IMG/VR virus record: IMGVR_UViG_3300017917_001342
Location: 247,669-311,668 of that record
Source: a virus
Direction: 5' to 3' (one strand)
DNA length: 64,000 nucleotides
Shown: in pieces, positions 1-11,128 of the stretch
How positions within the stretch are numbered: position 1 is the first letter of the stretch
How the letters are laid out: each line of letters opens with the position of its first letter
Made by a program: the position numbers and the translations under genes
The notes under the pieces: model-generated
Databases searched by the model: none
Told to the model about the DNA's origin: nothing
What the model saw: only the letters and a program-made list of their open reading frames with translations

Positions 1-630
<630 letters not shown>

Positions 631-642
631 GGCTTATAGTTT

Positions 643-3564
643 ATGGTATACCAACTTATAACAGGACCAACTGGCTATACTGGCCCAACAGGTGTACCCG
701 GTACTGCTGCAAACACTGGAGCACAAGGTGATCCTGGTCCAACTGGCCCAACTGGTTTACGAGGTATAACTGGACCTACAGGTCCGTTAGGTGGTCCAAC
801 TGGTCCGCAAGGCGGTCAAGGTGTTAAAGGCGATACTGGACCGACCGGCCCGGCAGGCAATGATGGTGTAACAGGTCCGCAAGGTGAACCGGGCACTGCT
901 GCAAACACTGGACCTCAAGGCGATGCTGGACCAACTGGTCCTACAGGGTTGCGTGGTACTACAGGTCCTACTGGACCGTTAGGTGGTCCAACTGGTCCAC
1001 AAGGTACAAGAGGAGTTACAGGTCCTCAGGGATTAACTGGTGCAACTGGTGCAACTGGTAATATAGGTCCTACAGGGCCGTTAGGTGGTCCTACTGGTCC
1101 GCAAGGATTGCAGGGTGCAACTGGGCCTAGAGGATTTCAAGGATATACTGGGCCTACTGGATTAGGATATACAGGTGCAACTGGCTCAACCGGACCTATA
1201 GGATTAACGGGTCCTATTGGTAACACAGGTCCAACTGGTTATACAGGATTGCAAGGAACTACTGGCCCAACTGGCCCATTGGGCGGTCCTACAGGTCCAA
1301 CTGGTACCATTGGTGATATAGGTCCAACCGGCCCAACCGGTAATGCTGGTTATACAGGCCCTACTGGTAATATTGGCCCTACTGGTGCAGCAAGCACAGT
1401 AACAGGCCCTACTGGATATACAGGCGTTACTGGACCAGCTGGTGCTGATGGTATTACTGGTTCAACTGGCCCAACAGGTGCCGCAAGTACAGTAACAGGC
1501 CCAACTGGATATACAGGTGTTACAGGTCCAGCTGGTGCAGATAGTGTAATTACTGGTCCAACTGGTGCAAATGGAAATAACGGAGCAACAGGTCCTACAG
1601 GTGCAAATGGCACTAACGGAGCAACTGGACCGACTGGCGCAAACGGAATTAACGGATCAACTGGTCCTACAGGTGCAAATGGCACTAATGGAGCAACAGG
1701 CCCAACTGGTGCAAGCGGAGCAGATAGTACAGTAACAGGCCCTACTGGTGCTACAGGTGCAAATGGCACTAATGGAGCAACAGGCCCAACTGGTGCAAAT
1801 GGCACTAATGGAGCAACAGGCCCAACTGGTGCAAGCGGAGCAGATAGTACAGTAACAGGCCCTACTGGTGCTACAGGTGCAAATGGAACTAATGGAGCAA
1901 CGGGACCAACTGGTGCAGCAAGCACAGTAACAGGACCAACAGGCTATACAGGTGTTACAGGTCCAACAGGTACTAACAACCCATTTAACCAATCTCTTAA
2001 TACAAGTGATGCAGTTGAATTTGCAAATTTAATTGTTACAGGCAATGCACTTGTATTAACTAATCTTAATGTAAACGGCAATATTACTCTAAGCGGTAAT
2101 GTTACACAAATATCCGGTAACAGTGGTCAATTTTTTGGTGATGTAAATGGTATAGGTGCACTGTATGCAGGTATATCGGTTGGCTATAGCACTGTTGTAA
2201 ATCCTGTAATACAAAGTTCAGCTAGTATCGCAAATTATGTACAAAACAATTTCCAAAACATTAACAGTAGCAATATTGCATCAGCAGATTTAGTTGTTAC
2301 AGCGGATAATGGTACTGATACTACACATTATATAGATCTAGGTATTGCCAGTAGTGGATGGGATGGTACACAAGAAAACAGTATATCAACCGCGCTTTAT
2401 CCAGACGATGGTTATCTATATGTTCAAGGACATCCGGCATTTCCCGGAGAAGGTGGCAACCTTGTAATTGGTACCAGTATAACTGGAACGTCGTTAAAAA
2501 TCATTGTAGGTGGCTCTAATTCTACAGCAATAGTTGCGCATTTTAATGCTGCAAATACTGTTACTAATAGCACAACTACAGGTGCATTAGTTGTCAATGG
2601 CGGAGTCGGTGTATCTGGTAACATATATTCTAGTGGTAATGTTGTAGCTCAAACTGTTATTGCAGATAACGTAATAGTAAATGGCCAACGTATAATATCT
2701 AGTACCGGACCAACTGGACCGACAGGCGCAGCAAGTACAATTACAGGACCAACAGGTGCTACAGGCGCAAATGGCACTAACGGAGCAACAGGCTTTACTG
2801 GTGCTACAGGTGCAAATGGTATTGATGGAGCAACTGGACCTAACGGTATCAACGGAGCAACTGGTCCTACAGGCGCAAATGGTACTAACGGAGCAACAGG
2901 CCCTACAGGTGCTACAGGTGCAAATGGCACTAACGGAGCAACGGGACCTACTGGTGCTACAGGTGCAAATGGCATTAACGGAGCAACGGGACCCACAGGT
3001 GCTAGCGGCGCAGATAGTACAGTAACAGGCCCTACTGGTGCTACAGGTGCAAATGGTACTAACGGGGCAACAGGCCCTACAGGTGCTAGCGGCGCAGATA
3101 GTACAGTAACAGGTCCTACTGGTGCTACAGGTGCAAATGGAACTAACGGAGCAACTGGCCCTACTGGACCAACTGGTGCAAATGGTACTGACGGAGCAAC
3201 AGGTGCTACTGGTGCAAGTGGCCCAACTGGTACATTACAGCCAAGAGTGACTCAGCTAGCTGATGCTACATCTGTTACATTTAACATTGATACTACAGAT
3301 TTAGCATATCAAATTAATACTCAGGCTGTAGGAACGCTAACTATTAATGCACCAACTGGTACACCTGCGGACGGCCAAAAAATTGTATTTAGACTTAAAT
3401 CTACAAATATACAGACATTTTCATGGAATGGTATATTTGCAGGATCTATAGATTTACCGTTACCTACTGCATCAAGCGGCGGTTCTTTAACAGATTACTT
3501 GGGATTTGAATACAATGCAATCAACACCAAATGGGATATATTAGGTAAAAACTTCGGATTTTAA
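643..3564 (+). CDS. collagen-like triple-helix repeat fibre protein (973 aa) with two collagen-like blocks, a central Asn/Thr-rich beta-type domain and a C-terminal globular domain
   Basis: Long G-X-Y runs ([20 protein letters not shown]). Antisense ORFs inside it are artefacts of the repeat composition. Confidence 0.85.
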   Translation: MVYQLITGPTGYTGPTGVPGTAANTGAQGDPGPTGPTGLRGITGPTGPLGGPTGPQGGQGVKGDTGPTGPAGNDGVTGPQGEPGTAANTGPQGDAGPTGPTGLRGTTGPTGPLGGPTGPQGTRGVTGPQGLTGATGATGNIGPTGPLGGPTGPQGLQGATGPRGFQGYTGPTGLGYTGATGSTGPIGLTGPIGNTGPTGYTGLQGTTGPTGPLGGPTGPTGTIGDIGPTGPTGNAGYTGPTGNIGPTGAASTVTGPTGYTGVTGPAGADGITGSTGPTGAASTVTGPTGYTGVTGPAGADSVITGPTGANGNNGATGPTGANGTNGATGPTGANGINGSTGPTGANGTNGATGPTGASGADSTVTGPTGATGANGTNGATGPTGANGTNGATGPTGASGADSTVTGPTGATGANGTNGATGPTGAASTVTGPTGYTGVTGPTGTNNPFNQSLNTSDAVEFANLIVTGNALVLTNLNVNGNITLSGNVTQISGNSGQFFGDVNGIGALYAGISVGYSTVVNPVIQSSASIANYVQNNFQNINSSNIASADLVVTADNGTDTTHYIDLGIASSGWDGTQENSISTALYPDDGYLYVQGHPAFPGEGGNLVIGTSITGTSLKIIVGGSNSTAIVAHFNAANTVTNSTTTGALVVNGGVGVSGNIYSSGNVVAQTVIADNVIVNGQRIISSTGPTGPTGAASTITGPTGATGANGTNGATGFTGATGANGIDGATGPNGINGATGPTGANGTNGATGPTGATGANGTNGATGPTGATGANGINGATGPTGASGADSTVTGPTGATGANGTNGATGPTGASGADSTVTGPTGATGANGTNGATGPTGPTGANGTDGATGATGASGPTGTLQPRVTQLADATSVTFNIDTTDLAYQINTQAVGTLTINAPTGTPADGQKIVFRLKSTNIQTFSWNGIFAGSIDLPLPTASSGGSLTDYLGFEYNAINTKWDILGKNFGF
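1555..1970 (+). repeat. intragenic near-perfect tandem DNA repeats (~120-nt unit encoding [40 protein letters not shown]), collagen block 1
   Basis: Identical peptide units are visible twice in the translation, and the nucleotide strings at 1729-1848 and 1849-1968 are almost identical. Confidence 0.75.
2700..3235 (+). repeat. second collagen-like repeat block with 60-nt near-identical tandem units ([29 protein letters not shown])
   Basis: Repeated DNA at 3001-3060 and 3061-3120. The block is also highly similar to block 1 of the same gene. Confidence 0.7.
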
Positions 3565-3566
3565 TA

Positions 3567-3761
3567 ATGATTAAAATTGATTATGAAAAAACCAATGCAG
3601 ACGGCACTTTAGTTTTTAGAGATGCATTATATTTGCCTGATGATCATACATTTTCTGATGCAGAATTAGAAGCTATGAAACAAGCAAGGTTTGATAATTG
3701 GTATGCAGCAGTTACAGCTATTCCCGACCCAGTGATTGACCCTAACACAGAACAGGTATAA
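3567..3761 (+). CDS. hypothetical 64-aa protein between the two fibre genes (possible fibre assembly or chaperone partner)
   Basis: Tight spacing: starts 3 nt after the upstream stop and ends 3 nt before the next ATG. Confidence 0.5.
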   Translation: MIKIDYEKTNADGTLVFRDALYLPDDHTFSDAELEAMKQARFDNWYAAVTAIPDPVIDPNTEQV

Positions 3762-3763
3762 CA

Positions 3764-6700
3764 ATGGCAGATAGATATTGGGTAGGTGGTACTGGCGATT
3801 GGAGCGGAACTAATACTACAAACTGGTCAACTGCTAGCGGAGGTGCCGGAGGTGCATCTGTTCCGACTATCGCAGATAACGTATTTTTTGATCAAAATAG
3901 TGATCTAGCTGGCGCAGCATTTGTAGTAACTATAACTCAATCAGCATCTAGTTTAAATTTCACTGTTCAAAATTTAGATAGTGCTATGACATTAGCAGGG
4001 TCTAATAACTTAGAAATAGATGGTAACTTATCATTACCTGCTACTAATTTTACTGCTACTTACACTGGAAATTTAACATTTAACAGCAGTTCACCTAGAA
4101 CTGTTAATACTAATGGCGTCACACTAGCCTGTAATATTTTTATAAACATGTCACCTAGCACGTTGACTCTGCAGGCAGCACTTACGACTACCGGATCTGT
4201 TACGTTAAGTGTTGGAACTTTAATTCTAGGCGGGTTTGCGTTAACTTGCGCTAGTTTTCTTTCGTCTAACAGTGCCACTCGTTCTATAACGTTTGGTACT
4301 ACAGGGTCTATCAATTTATCAGGATCCGGTACAGTATGGAATACATCTACTACTACAGGGTTTACCTACACTGGCACAAGTAACGTAAGATTAACCAATA
4401 GCGGTTCTACTACAACTGCTATAACAACTGGTAATTTGAGTTCTTCGCAGGCTTTGAATTTTAATGTTACCGCAGGAACATATAGCTTAACACTAGGATC
4501 TACCGCAGTATTCAATAACTTGAATTTTACTGGATTTAGTGGTTCATTTGATATGGCTGCTATATCTGCTACTGTGTATGGAAATACAACTTTTTCAAAC
4601 ACGATGACTACATCATCTACAACTGGTGTACTAACTCTTAGTCCGAGTAGCGGTGGCAAAACTATTACATCGAATGGCAACAGTTTAGCGTTGGCATTAA
4701 CACTTAGTGGCACTGGAAGTACACTGCAATTAGTAGATAATTTAACAATAACTAAAGCGTTTACGTATTCTGGTAATACTTTAGATTTAAATTCAAATTC
4801 GCTGTCAGTGCAGAGTTTTGCGTCGCCTAGTGGTACTCGTGTTATTGCATTTGGTACAGGATCTATCACTACTACTGGTACTGGTACAGTATGGAACGTA
4901 AGCGGTACAATAGGCTTATCATATACTGGTATTTCAAATATAACAATATCAAATAACACTGCAACTGCTGTTACAATCACAAACACTGCAACCGCAGCTA
5001 GTGCAATGAACTTTAATATTGTTAATGGTACATATGCATTAACACTGACCAGTGGTAACAGCTATAGAAATTTGAACTTTACTGGTTTCAGTGGTACTTG
5101 GTCTCCAGCTGCTACTACACATACAATGTATGGTAATTTAACGATATCTGCTACTACACAAACTATTTCGCCTGCTACAGCAGGCAATGATACAATAACG
5201 TTTGCATCCACATCTGGCACAAATATTATAACAACCAACAATTGGGTTATAAATTGCGGTATAGCAATAAACGGTGCGGGAGGAACGGTGCAGTTTGCAG
5301 ATCTTTTTGGGCAGGGTCCCAGTTACAGTCTTAAACTAACAAACGGTACACTAGATATAAATTCTCAATCTACTAGTGCGGGAATTTTTACTATACTAAG
5401 TGGTACACATGCAATCTCAAATGGCATATTAACCTGTGCAAGTGTTACTCATACCAGTGGTGATCTAAGTATAGGTACAGGATACAATGTGGTATGTAAT
5501 GGCCTATATACATTTACTGCTGGCTCTATTACTATCAACGACGGCGTCAATCTATCCATTAACTCAATGAGTTCTTCTAATACCAATACTAGAAGTATTG
5601 CATTTGGTACTGGTTCAATTACAACTACTGGTACTGGTACAGTATGGAGTGTAACTGGAACAACCGGTTTATCATACACTGGTATTAGTAATATCATAAT
5701 CTCAAACAACACGGCAACATCGATTACTATTACCAATACTACATCCGCTGCAAGTGCTTTGAACTTTTATTTCATCAATGGCACTTACAATCTTCTCTTA
5801 ACAACTGGTAATGTCTATAATGATTTAAACTTTACTGGGTTTGCCGGCGCTGTGTTAATTGGAACTAATACTAATACATTATACGGCAATCTCATAGTTA
5901 GCAACACTGCTAGTGTCAGTGGATCTGCTGCTACTACAAATTTTGCATTTGCTGCAACTGGCGTAACCAGAACTATCACTACCGGCAATCGCACAGTTAA
6001 CTTTGGTGTTAGCTTTAACGGTGTTGGGAGTACATTCCAACTAGCTGACAATTTTATTCAATCTGTCGGCCAATATTTTCAAATAGTAAACGGCACAATT
6101 GATTTTAATAATGTAACTTATAGTTTAGGTACATTGGTTTTTGTAAATGGTACAAAATCTTACATTAACTATGGTGGTACACTAGCACCAGCGGCAATTA
6201 TACATACATCTGGCAATGTAACATTAGATACAGGTGCAGTAATAACAACTGCGGGATCGTATACATTTAGTGCTGGTACTATTACACTGAATAACGGTGT
6301 TAATTTATCTGTTGGATCGTTTATTTCTAGTAACAACAACACTCGTTTAATTGCATTTGGTACCAGTGCTATCATAGTTACTGGCACAGCTACAGTGTGG
6401 AACGTAACCGGTACTACTGGATTAAGTTATAATGGTACCAGTAACATAGTTGTATCTAACACAACAACAACTGGAATTACTATTAGTAACAACACCGGTA
6501 CCGCTGCAAATGCAATGAATTTCAATTTTATCAACGGCACATACGCATTAACATTTCCAAACACTGGAGGTAACTTTAATGATTTAAACTTTACTGGATT
6601 TGCTGGGACAGCTGATTTAGTTACAACAACTCATACAATATATGGTAACCTTATAGTTGGCTCTACTGCTACAATCACCGGCACTGGTGGTACAGGTAAT

Positions 6701-8971
6701 TTTATATTTTCTGCAACTAGCGGAACTAGAACTGTCACTACCAGTAATCGTACAGTTACCTTTGGTGTTAACTTTAACGGTCTTGGTGGCACATTTCAGT
6801 TAGCTGACAATTTTATTCAAGCAGCGGCGCAGTCATTTATAATAACCAACGGTACAGTTGATTTCAATAATGTAACTTATAGTTTAGGTGCATTGACATT
6901 TGTAACAGGTACAAAGTCTTATATTAACTACGGTGGCACACTGGCACCCGCATCAGTTCTACATACATCTGGCAATGTAATATTAGATACAGGTGCATTG
7001 ATAACAACTACGGGATCTTATACATTTACTAGTGGTAATATTATATTAAATAACGGTGTTAATTTATCTGTTGGATCGTTTATTTCTAATAACAATAACA
7101 CTCGTTTAATTGCGTTTGGTACTGGTTCGATTACTGTAAACGGCACCGGTACAATATGGAACGTGGCGGGTACTACTGGATTAAGTTATACTGGTACCAG
7201 TAACATTATTATATCTAACAATACAGCAACCGCAGCTACTATTAGTAACAACACCGGTACCGCTGCAAATGCTATGAATTTCAATTTTATCAATGGCACA
7301 TACACATTAACGCTTCCAGTTACTGGGGTCTTTAATAATTTAAACTTTACTGGGTTTGCCGGTATAGTTGCATTTTCAAATAGATTGCAAACATTATATG
7401 GTAATTTGATAATTGGACCTAATACTTCGTCTACTGGAACTAGCAGTGCTAATGGTGTAACATGGACTGCTACCAGTGGCACTAGAACTATTACTACTAA
7501 TGGAAGAACAATTAACTTTGGTATTACTATAAATGGTGTAGGACAAACTGTACGATTAACTGATGCACTTGTACAAGGTTCATCTCAGTATCTATATCTA
7601 ACCAATGGTACATTAGATCTAGCAGGTTATTCAAACAGCTTTGGTGTGTTAAGTCTTGCAACAGGCAATCGTTCATTTATAAACGGTAATATCAACTGTA
7701 CCACAGTGAATCATGACCGTGGTGACTTAACTGTAAATCCAGCAAATACTGTAATTGCGACCGGTGCATATAATCTTACAATAGGTAATCTTACCATCAA
7801 TAGCGATGCTACATTATCAGTTGGTTCAATGATATTCGCAGTTGGTGCGAAGTCTATTGCATTTAACACAGGTCGTATTAACTTAACAGGCACAGGTACT
7901 GTTTGGAATAGCAGTCTTCTTACTACTTTTAGTTACACAGGTACTAGCAATATTAGATTAACCAATAGCGGTTCTACAGCAACAACTATAACAACTGGTG
8001 CTATGACTGCTGCACAGGCATTGAATTACTATGTAACTGCCGGTACTTATACGCTAACACTAACTAATGGTAATGTTTATAGAGATTTAAATTTTACTGG
8101 GTTTGCCGGTACTGTTGCGTTATCTGCAACTACCCACACAATGTATGGCAATCTTACATTGGGACCTAGTACCAACACCAGTGCTACAGCCGGTACAAAT
8201 AATTTTGCATGGACATCAACTAGCGGTATCAGAACTATCACTACCAACAGTCGTACAGCTAATTTTGGTATAAACATCAACGGCGCAGGTCAAACTGTAC
8301 AATTAGCCGATAACTTTACACAGGGTGCAACACAGGTTACAACATTAACTGCCGGCACATTAGATATCAACGGTAAAACACTAACTGCTGGTGCAACATT
8401 TGCAGCACCGGGTGCAGTTGCAAAAAATATAACATTTAATAGTGGAACACTTATTTGTACTGCATCAACAACTACTGCATTTAATGCCAGTGGTTCAAAC
8501 TTAACTACCACGGCTGGTACCGGTAACGGTGTAATATCGATGTCGGGTGCAACTGCTAAAACATTTGTAGGCGGCGGTGTTAATTATGCAGCAACACTTA
8601 GCCAAGACGGTCTAGGCAATTTGACTATAACTGGTAACAATACATTTGCAAATATACGTAACACAGTACAACCAACTGCGGTATTGTTTACAGCTAATAG
8701 TACCAATACATTTAGTAATTTTTCTCTAAGCGGTACATCTAGCAATTTAGTAACTATTACTAGTCCTACTGCATTTACTCACACATTGAGTAAATCCGGA
8801 AGCGATGTTCAAGTTTCGTATTGTGCAATAAGTTATTCAAATGCCACAGGTGGTGCAACATGGCGGGCACCAGGTAACTTAGGTAACCTCAACAACAATT
8901 TCAATACTGGATGGAATTTTTCGCCCACTTCTACTACGGTAGTTCTCAGCAACATGATAGCATTCTTTTAA
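3764..8971 (+). CDS. 1735-aa repeat-rich adhesin / tail-fibre-like protein; Asn/Thr/Gly-rich beta-helix-type, N-terminus YWVGGTGDWSGTNTTNW resembles autotransporter-passenger-associated beta-strand repeats
   Basis: Single uninterrupted ORF. Six internal ~250-aa repeats, each beginning R/K-SIAFGTGSIT..GTGTVWN and ending NLNFTGF. Confidence 0.85.
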   Translation: MADRYWVGGTGDWSGTNTTNWSTASGGAGGASVPTIADNVFFDQNSDLAGAAFVVTITQSASSLNFTVQNLDSAMTLAGSNNLEIDGNLSLPATNFTATYTGNLTFNSSSPRTVNTNGVTLACNIFINMSPSTLTLQAALTTTGSVTLSVGTLILGGFALTCASFLSSNSATRSITFGTTGSINLSGSGTVWNTSTTTGFTYTGTSNVRLTNSGSTTTAITTGNLSSSQALNFNVTAGTYSLTLGSTAVFNNLNFTGFSGSFDMAAISATVYGNTTFSNTMTTSSTTGVLTLSPSSGGKTITSNGNSLALALTLSGTGSTLQLVDNLTITKAFTYSGNTLDLNSNSLSVQSFASPSGTRVIAFGTGSITTTGTGTVWNVSGTIGLSYTGISNITISNNTATAVTITNTATAASAMNFNIVNGTYALTLTSGNSYRNLNFTGFSGTWSPAATTHTMYGNLTISATTQTISPATAGNDTITFASTSGTNIITTNNWVINCGIAINGAGGTVQFADLFGQGPSYSLKLTNGTLDINSQSTSAGIFTILSGTHAISNGILTCASVTHTSGDLSIGTGYNVVCNGLYTFTAGSITINDGVNLSINSMSSSNTNTRSIAFGTGSITTTGTGTVWSVTGTTGLSYTGISNIIISNNTATSITITNTTSAASALNFYFINGTYNLLLTTGNVYNDLNFTGFAGAVLIGTNTNTLYGNLIVSNTASVSGSAATTNFAFAATGVTRTITTGNRTVNFGVSFNGVGSTFQLADNFIQSVGQYFQIVNGTIDFNNVTYSLGTLVFVNGTKSYINYGGTLAPAAIIHTSGNVTLDTGAVITTAGSYTFSAGTITLNNGVNLSVGSFISSNNNTRLIAFGTSAIIVTGTATVWNVTGTTGLSYNGTSNIVVSNTTTTGITISNNTGTAANAMNFNFINGTYALTFPNTGGNFNDLNFTGFAGTADLVTTTHTIYGNLIVGSTATITGTGGTGNFIFSATSGTRTVTTSNRTVTFGVNFNGLGGTFQLADNFIQAAAQSFIITNGTVDFNNVTYSLGALTFVTGTKSYINYGGTLAPASVLHTSGNVILDTGALITTTGSYTFTSGNIILNNGVNLSVGSFISNNNNTRLIAFGTGSITVNGTGTIWNVAGTTGLSYTGTSNIIISNNTATAATISNNTGTAANAMNFNFINGTYTLTLPVTGVFNNLNFTGFAGIVAFSNRLQTLYGNLIIGPNTSSTGTSSANGVTWTATSGTRTITTNGRTINFGITINGVGQTVRLTDALVQGSSQYLYLTNGTLDLAGYSNSFGVLSLATGNRSFINGNINCTTVNHDRGDLTVNPANTVIATGAYNLTIGNLTINSDATLSVGSMIFAVGAKSIAFNTGRINLTGTGTVWNSSLLTTFSYTGTSNIRLTNSGSTATTITTGAMTAAQALNYYVTAGTYTLTLTNGNVYRDLNFTGFAGTVALSATTHTMYGNLTLGPSTNTSATAGTNNFAWTSTSGIRTITTNSRTANFGININGAGQTVQLADNFTQGATQVTTLTAGTLDINGKTLTAGATFAAPGAVAKNITFNSGTLICTASTTTAFNASGSNLTTTAGTGNGVISMSGATAKTFVGGGVNYAATLSQDGLGNLTITGNNTFANIRNTVQPTAVLFTANSTNTFSNFSLSGTSSNLVTITSPTAFTHTLSKSGSDVQVSYCAISYSNATGGATWRAPGNLGNLNNNFNTGWNFSPTSTTVVLSNMIAFF
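4280..8600 (+). repeat. six tandem ~750-bp intragenic repeats (divergent copies) inside the adhesin gene
   Basis: Repeat starts by eye at about nt 4280, 4840, 5560, 6340, 7090 and 7850 (motif IAFGT..TGTGTVWN). Confidence 0.7.
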
Positions 8972-9041
8972 AATTGATCAATTATTGTTGTGACTATAAC
9001 ATAGTTTAGTTGTAACATGTGTAACAATAAAGGAGTACAAC

Positions 9042-9164
9042 ATGGCAGATCCAAGAACTAAACTTAAACCTAAAAAAGTAAAACTCAAGGAATCAGTTGC
9101 AAATCCGCCGAGAGATCAAAAAGCTGCTGCACAACAAACTCCAGCCAAAACTAATAAAAAGTAA
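9042..9164 (+). CDS. unannotated 40-aa lysine-rich basic peptide (MADPRTKLKPKKVKLKESVANPPRDQKAAAQQTPAKTNKK)
   Basis: AAAGGAG Shine-Dalgarno 7 nt upstream of the ATG. An intrinsic terminator follows directly. Below the 60-aa track cutoff. Confidence 0.5.
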   Translation: MADPRTKLKPKKVKLKESVANPPRDQKAAAQQTPAKTNKK

Positions 9165-9172
9165 ATAAATCA

Positions 9173-9207
9173 ATGCTGGTATAATTAAGTTATGCCAGCA
9201 TTTTTCT
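9173..9207 (+). terminator. rho-independent terminator (ATGCTGG stem, 15-nt loop, CCAGCAT, then TTTTTCT)
   Basis: Perfect 7-bp inverted repeat followed by a T-run. Confidence 0.6.
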
Positions 9208-9270
9208 ATCATTCTGTTGGTATTTTTTGTTTACAATATAGGTAAATAATACCGACTACGGCGAGGAATT

Positions 9271-9483
9271 ATGGTTACTGCTATACCAGCAACAGGCACG
9301 TCTATTAGAATGGGCGGTGTTTATAACGCTTATTATGTACCAGGTGCCACCGGTGCACCCGCTGCTGGTACTATCGTAACTCTCAATGTTAAGTTAGGTA
9401 GTAAAATTGGTATAGCTGCTAATAGCATTACATTGCTCAGTACTAACTTTGGTGGTCGTGTAGGACCAAACAATTACGTGTAA
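9271..9483 (+). CDS. hypothetical 70-aa Gly/Ala-rich protein
   Basis: GAGGAA Shine-Dalgarno 5 nt upstream of the ATG. Confidence 0.55.
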   Translation: MVTAIPATGTSIRMGGVYNAYYVPGATGAPAAGTIVTLNVKLGSKIGIAANSITLLSTNFGGRVGPNNYV

Positions 9484-9539
9484 TTTAATTTGATTTTTGT
9501 CTTAAGTGCGGTAAACTTTATAGCACTATGGAGGCAACA

Positions 9540-10268
9540 ATGGACCTAACTGCTACATCAAAATTACTAGACCTTATGCCCGGCACACGGTCTGAATATG
9601 AATTCAAACATATGATTGTGGAACAACAAAATACATTTCACAGACAACTGAAATATCTTCTTAGCGAAAAAGAAAAGTGTATTTCCTTTATACAGGAAAA
9701 GAAGGCTGCTATCAGTCTTATGAAATATAAAACATCAATGATTGCAGACGATGTCGAACGCAACATAGTTGAAGAAATCAATAACGCTAGAGAAATTAGA
9801 CTTCGTCGAGAAATTTTCGATTTAGAAGGTGATCTTGCACAGATTGACAAATGGTTATTAAATCATTCACAAGAAGAGCTTGAAGAAGCCGCTGGTAGTT
9901 TCGAACACGGTGAACCTGAACATTGGGCAGGTATCATGGGCCGTAAGAGCGCATTAGAAATTCTTGCAGACGATAAAGTCAGTATAGAAACCATGCTGAA
10001 AATGACACTGTTACCATTGCCTGATTATCGCCGTGCTGTACAGATTACCAGTCAGTATGCAGAGTTTATCAAGTCAACTACTGCCAAAGCAGAACAGCAA
10101 CTACTACCGAATGTAGCAAAACCCACTACTGTAAACGAAGGCACAATACCTTCTTCTAAAACAGTTGCACCAGCAGCACCAACAACACCGGCTGCTAAAC
10201 CAGCTATGAAAACCACAGTTGATTCAAACGTAATTGACGACATCTTTAACAGTGTACAAGGGCTTTAA
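9540..10268 (+). CDS. hypothetical protein (~242 aa; track start 9528, likelier start 9540 after TGGAGG), charged helical, Ala/Pro-rich tail
   Basis: ORF plus a strong Shine-Dalgarno before the second ATG. Confidence 0.65.
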   Translation: MDLTATSKLLDLMPGTRSEYEFKHMIVEQQNTFHRQLKYLLSEKEKCISFIQEKKAAISLMKYKTSMIADDVERNIVEEINNAREIRLRREIFDLEGDLAQIDKWLLNHSQEELEEAAGSFEHGEPEHWAGIMGRKSALEILADDKVSIETMLKMTLLPLPDYRRAVQITSQYAEFIKSTTAKAEQQLLPNVAKPTTVNEGTIPSSKTVAPAAPTTPAAKPAMKTTVDSNVIDDIFNSVQGL

Positions 10269-10290
10269 TAGCCCTTTACAATTGCTCAAT

Positions 10291-10326
10291 AAAAAACAGC
10301 GAGTGGAAACACTCGCTGTTTTTTTC
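10291..10326. terminator. bidirectional intrinsic terminator (AAAAAA-CAGCGAGTG-GAAA-CACTCGCTG-TTTTTTT)
   Basis: 9-bp GC-rich stem with a GAAA tetraloop, flanked by an A-tract and a T-tract. Sits between convergent genes. Confidence 0.7.
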
Positions 10327-10343
10327 TACAACCCAATGTGTGA

Positions 10344-11057
10344 TCAGAGATGTGGTTGTAGCTGTGTCGCATCACCTCTAAATGTAAAGTAACCCATATG
10401 GTTTAGAGTAATAGTAAGGTCGGCCCAAATCTTACCGCCCATTGCTCTCCAACGCTTACAGAATGTGTAGTCTTCTGATAGGTACTCTTTACTGTTAGGA
10501 TCAATTTCAGTATCAAACAGTGCATACTTGAATGGATCATATTTTGGATCAAGTCCGATACTGTCCACATAGTGCAGTTCTGGATGCTTAGCAATCATCT
10601 GTTCAAGCACATGTCGTTTGATCATCATAAAGCCGGTACCAAGGTTACTTACTTCAACTAAGTTACCTTCTTTGATTGCGCCTGGTACTTTGTTAACTAC
10701 GTAGTTGATAGGCAATGCTTTTTTAGGATACAAGCCACCTACAACATCTTTGTTTGAAAGTATCAGTTTGAAAATTTCTTCTGGTTCAAAACCAATGTCT
10801 GCGTCAACAAACATCAAGTGTGTACTCTTTGGTTCAAAGTACAGCATTTTTGCAACAAGACTGTTGCGAGCGCGGCAAACTAGACTTTCGTTTACCATAG
10901 TGTCAATTGTAAAGTTCAAGCCAAGGCGTTGCGCAGTTGCCATGTACTTGAGCATACTAATAAAAGTGCCTTCGTTGATCTGACCGCCGTAGCAAGGTAT
11001 ACAGAAATGTACCCGTGCTGCTTGCAAGGTTTTGACCATATCTTGTGTGAGTTCCAT
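10344..11057 (-). CDS. putative glycosyltransferase-like protein (DxD-type motif FVDADIGFEPE), 237 aa
   Basis: GGAGA Shine-Dalgarno. The DAD motif lies in a Rossmann-like context, but the function is inferred only from the motif. Confidence 0.55.
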   Translation of the reverse strand: MELTQDMVKTLQAARVHFCIPCYGGQINEGTFISMLKYMATAQRLGLNFTIDTMVNESLVCRARNSLVAKMLYFEPKSTHLMFVDADIGFEPEEIFKLILSNKDVVGGLYPKKALPINYVVNKVPGAIKEGNLVEVSNLGTGFMMIKRHVLEQMIAKHPELHYVDSIGLDPKYDPFKYALFDTEIDPNSKEYLSEDYTFCKRWRAMGGKIWADLTITLNHMGYFTFRGDATQLQPHL

Positions 11058-11128
11058 AGGTATCTCCGATCTGTCACATGTTTAATTATGTGGCAAATCG
11101 GAGACTTTTTCAAAATAGCAGTAGATAA

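Noticed and set aside
1350-3025. ORFs antisense or out-of-frame within the collagen-like genes (1350..1925 -, 1657..1992 -, 2649..2996 -, 2756..3025 +, 2424..2624 -)
   Set aside because: They consist of PVAPVGPV- or CTS/LQ-type low-complexity translations generated by the GGN/NGT triplet periodicity of the collagen repeat. There is no Shine-Dalgarno, and the sense-strand gene is clearly the real one.
4060-8511. Nine short minus-strand ORFs inside the 1735-aa adhesin gene
   Set aside because: They are embedded antisense in a single long, repeat-structured ORF. Their composition (PV-rich) is a by-product of the Thr/Asn/Gly codon bias on the sense strand.
8972-9041. Looked for T4-type late promoters (TATAAATA) upstream of structural and small genes across the window
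   Set aside because: No exact TATAAATA was found at plausible positions. AT-rich -10-like boxes are ubiquitous in this 40% GC sequence, so individual calls would be unreliable.
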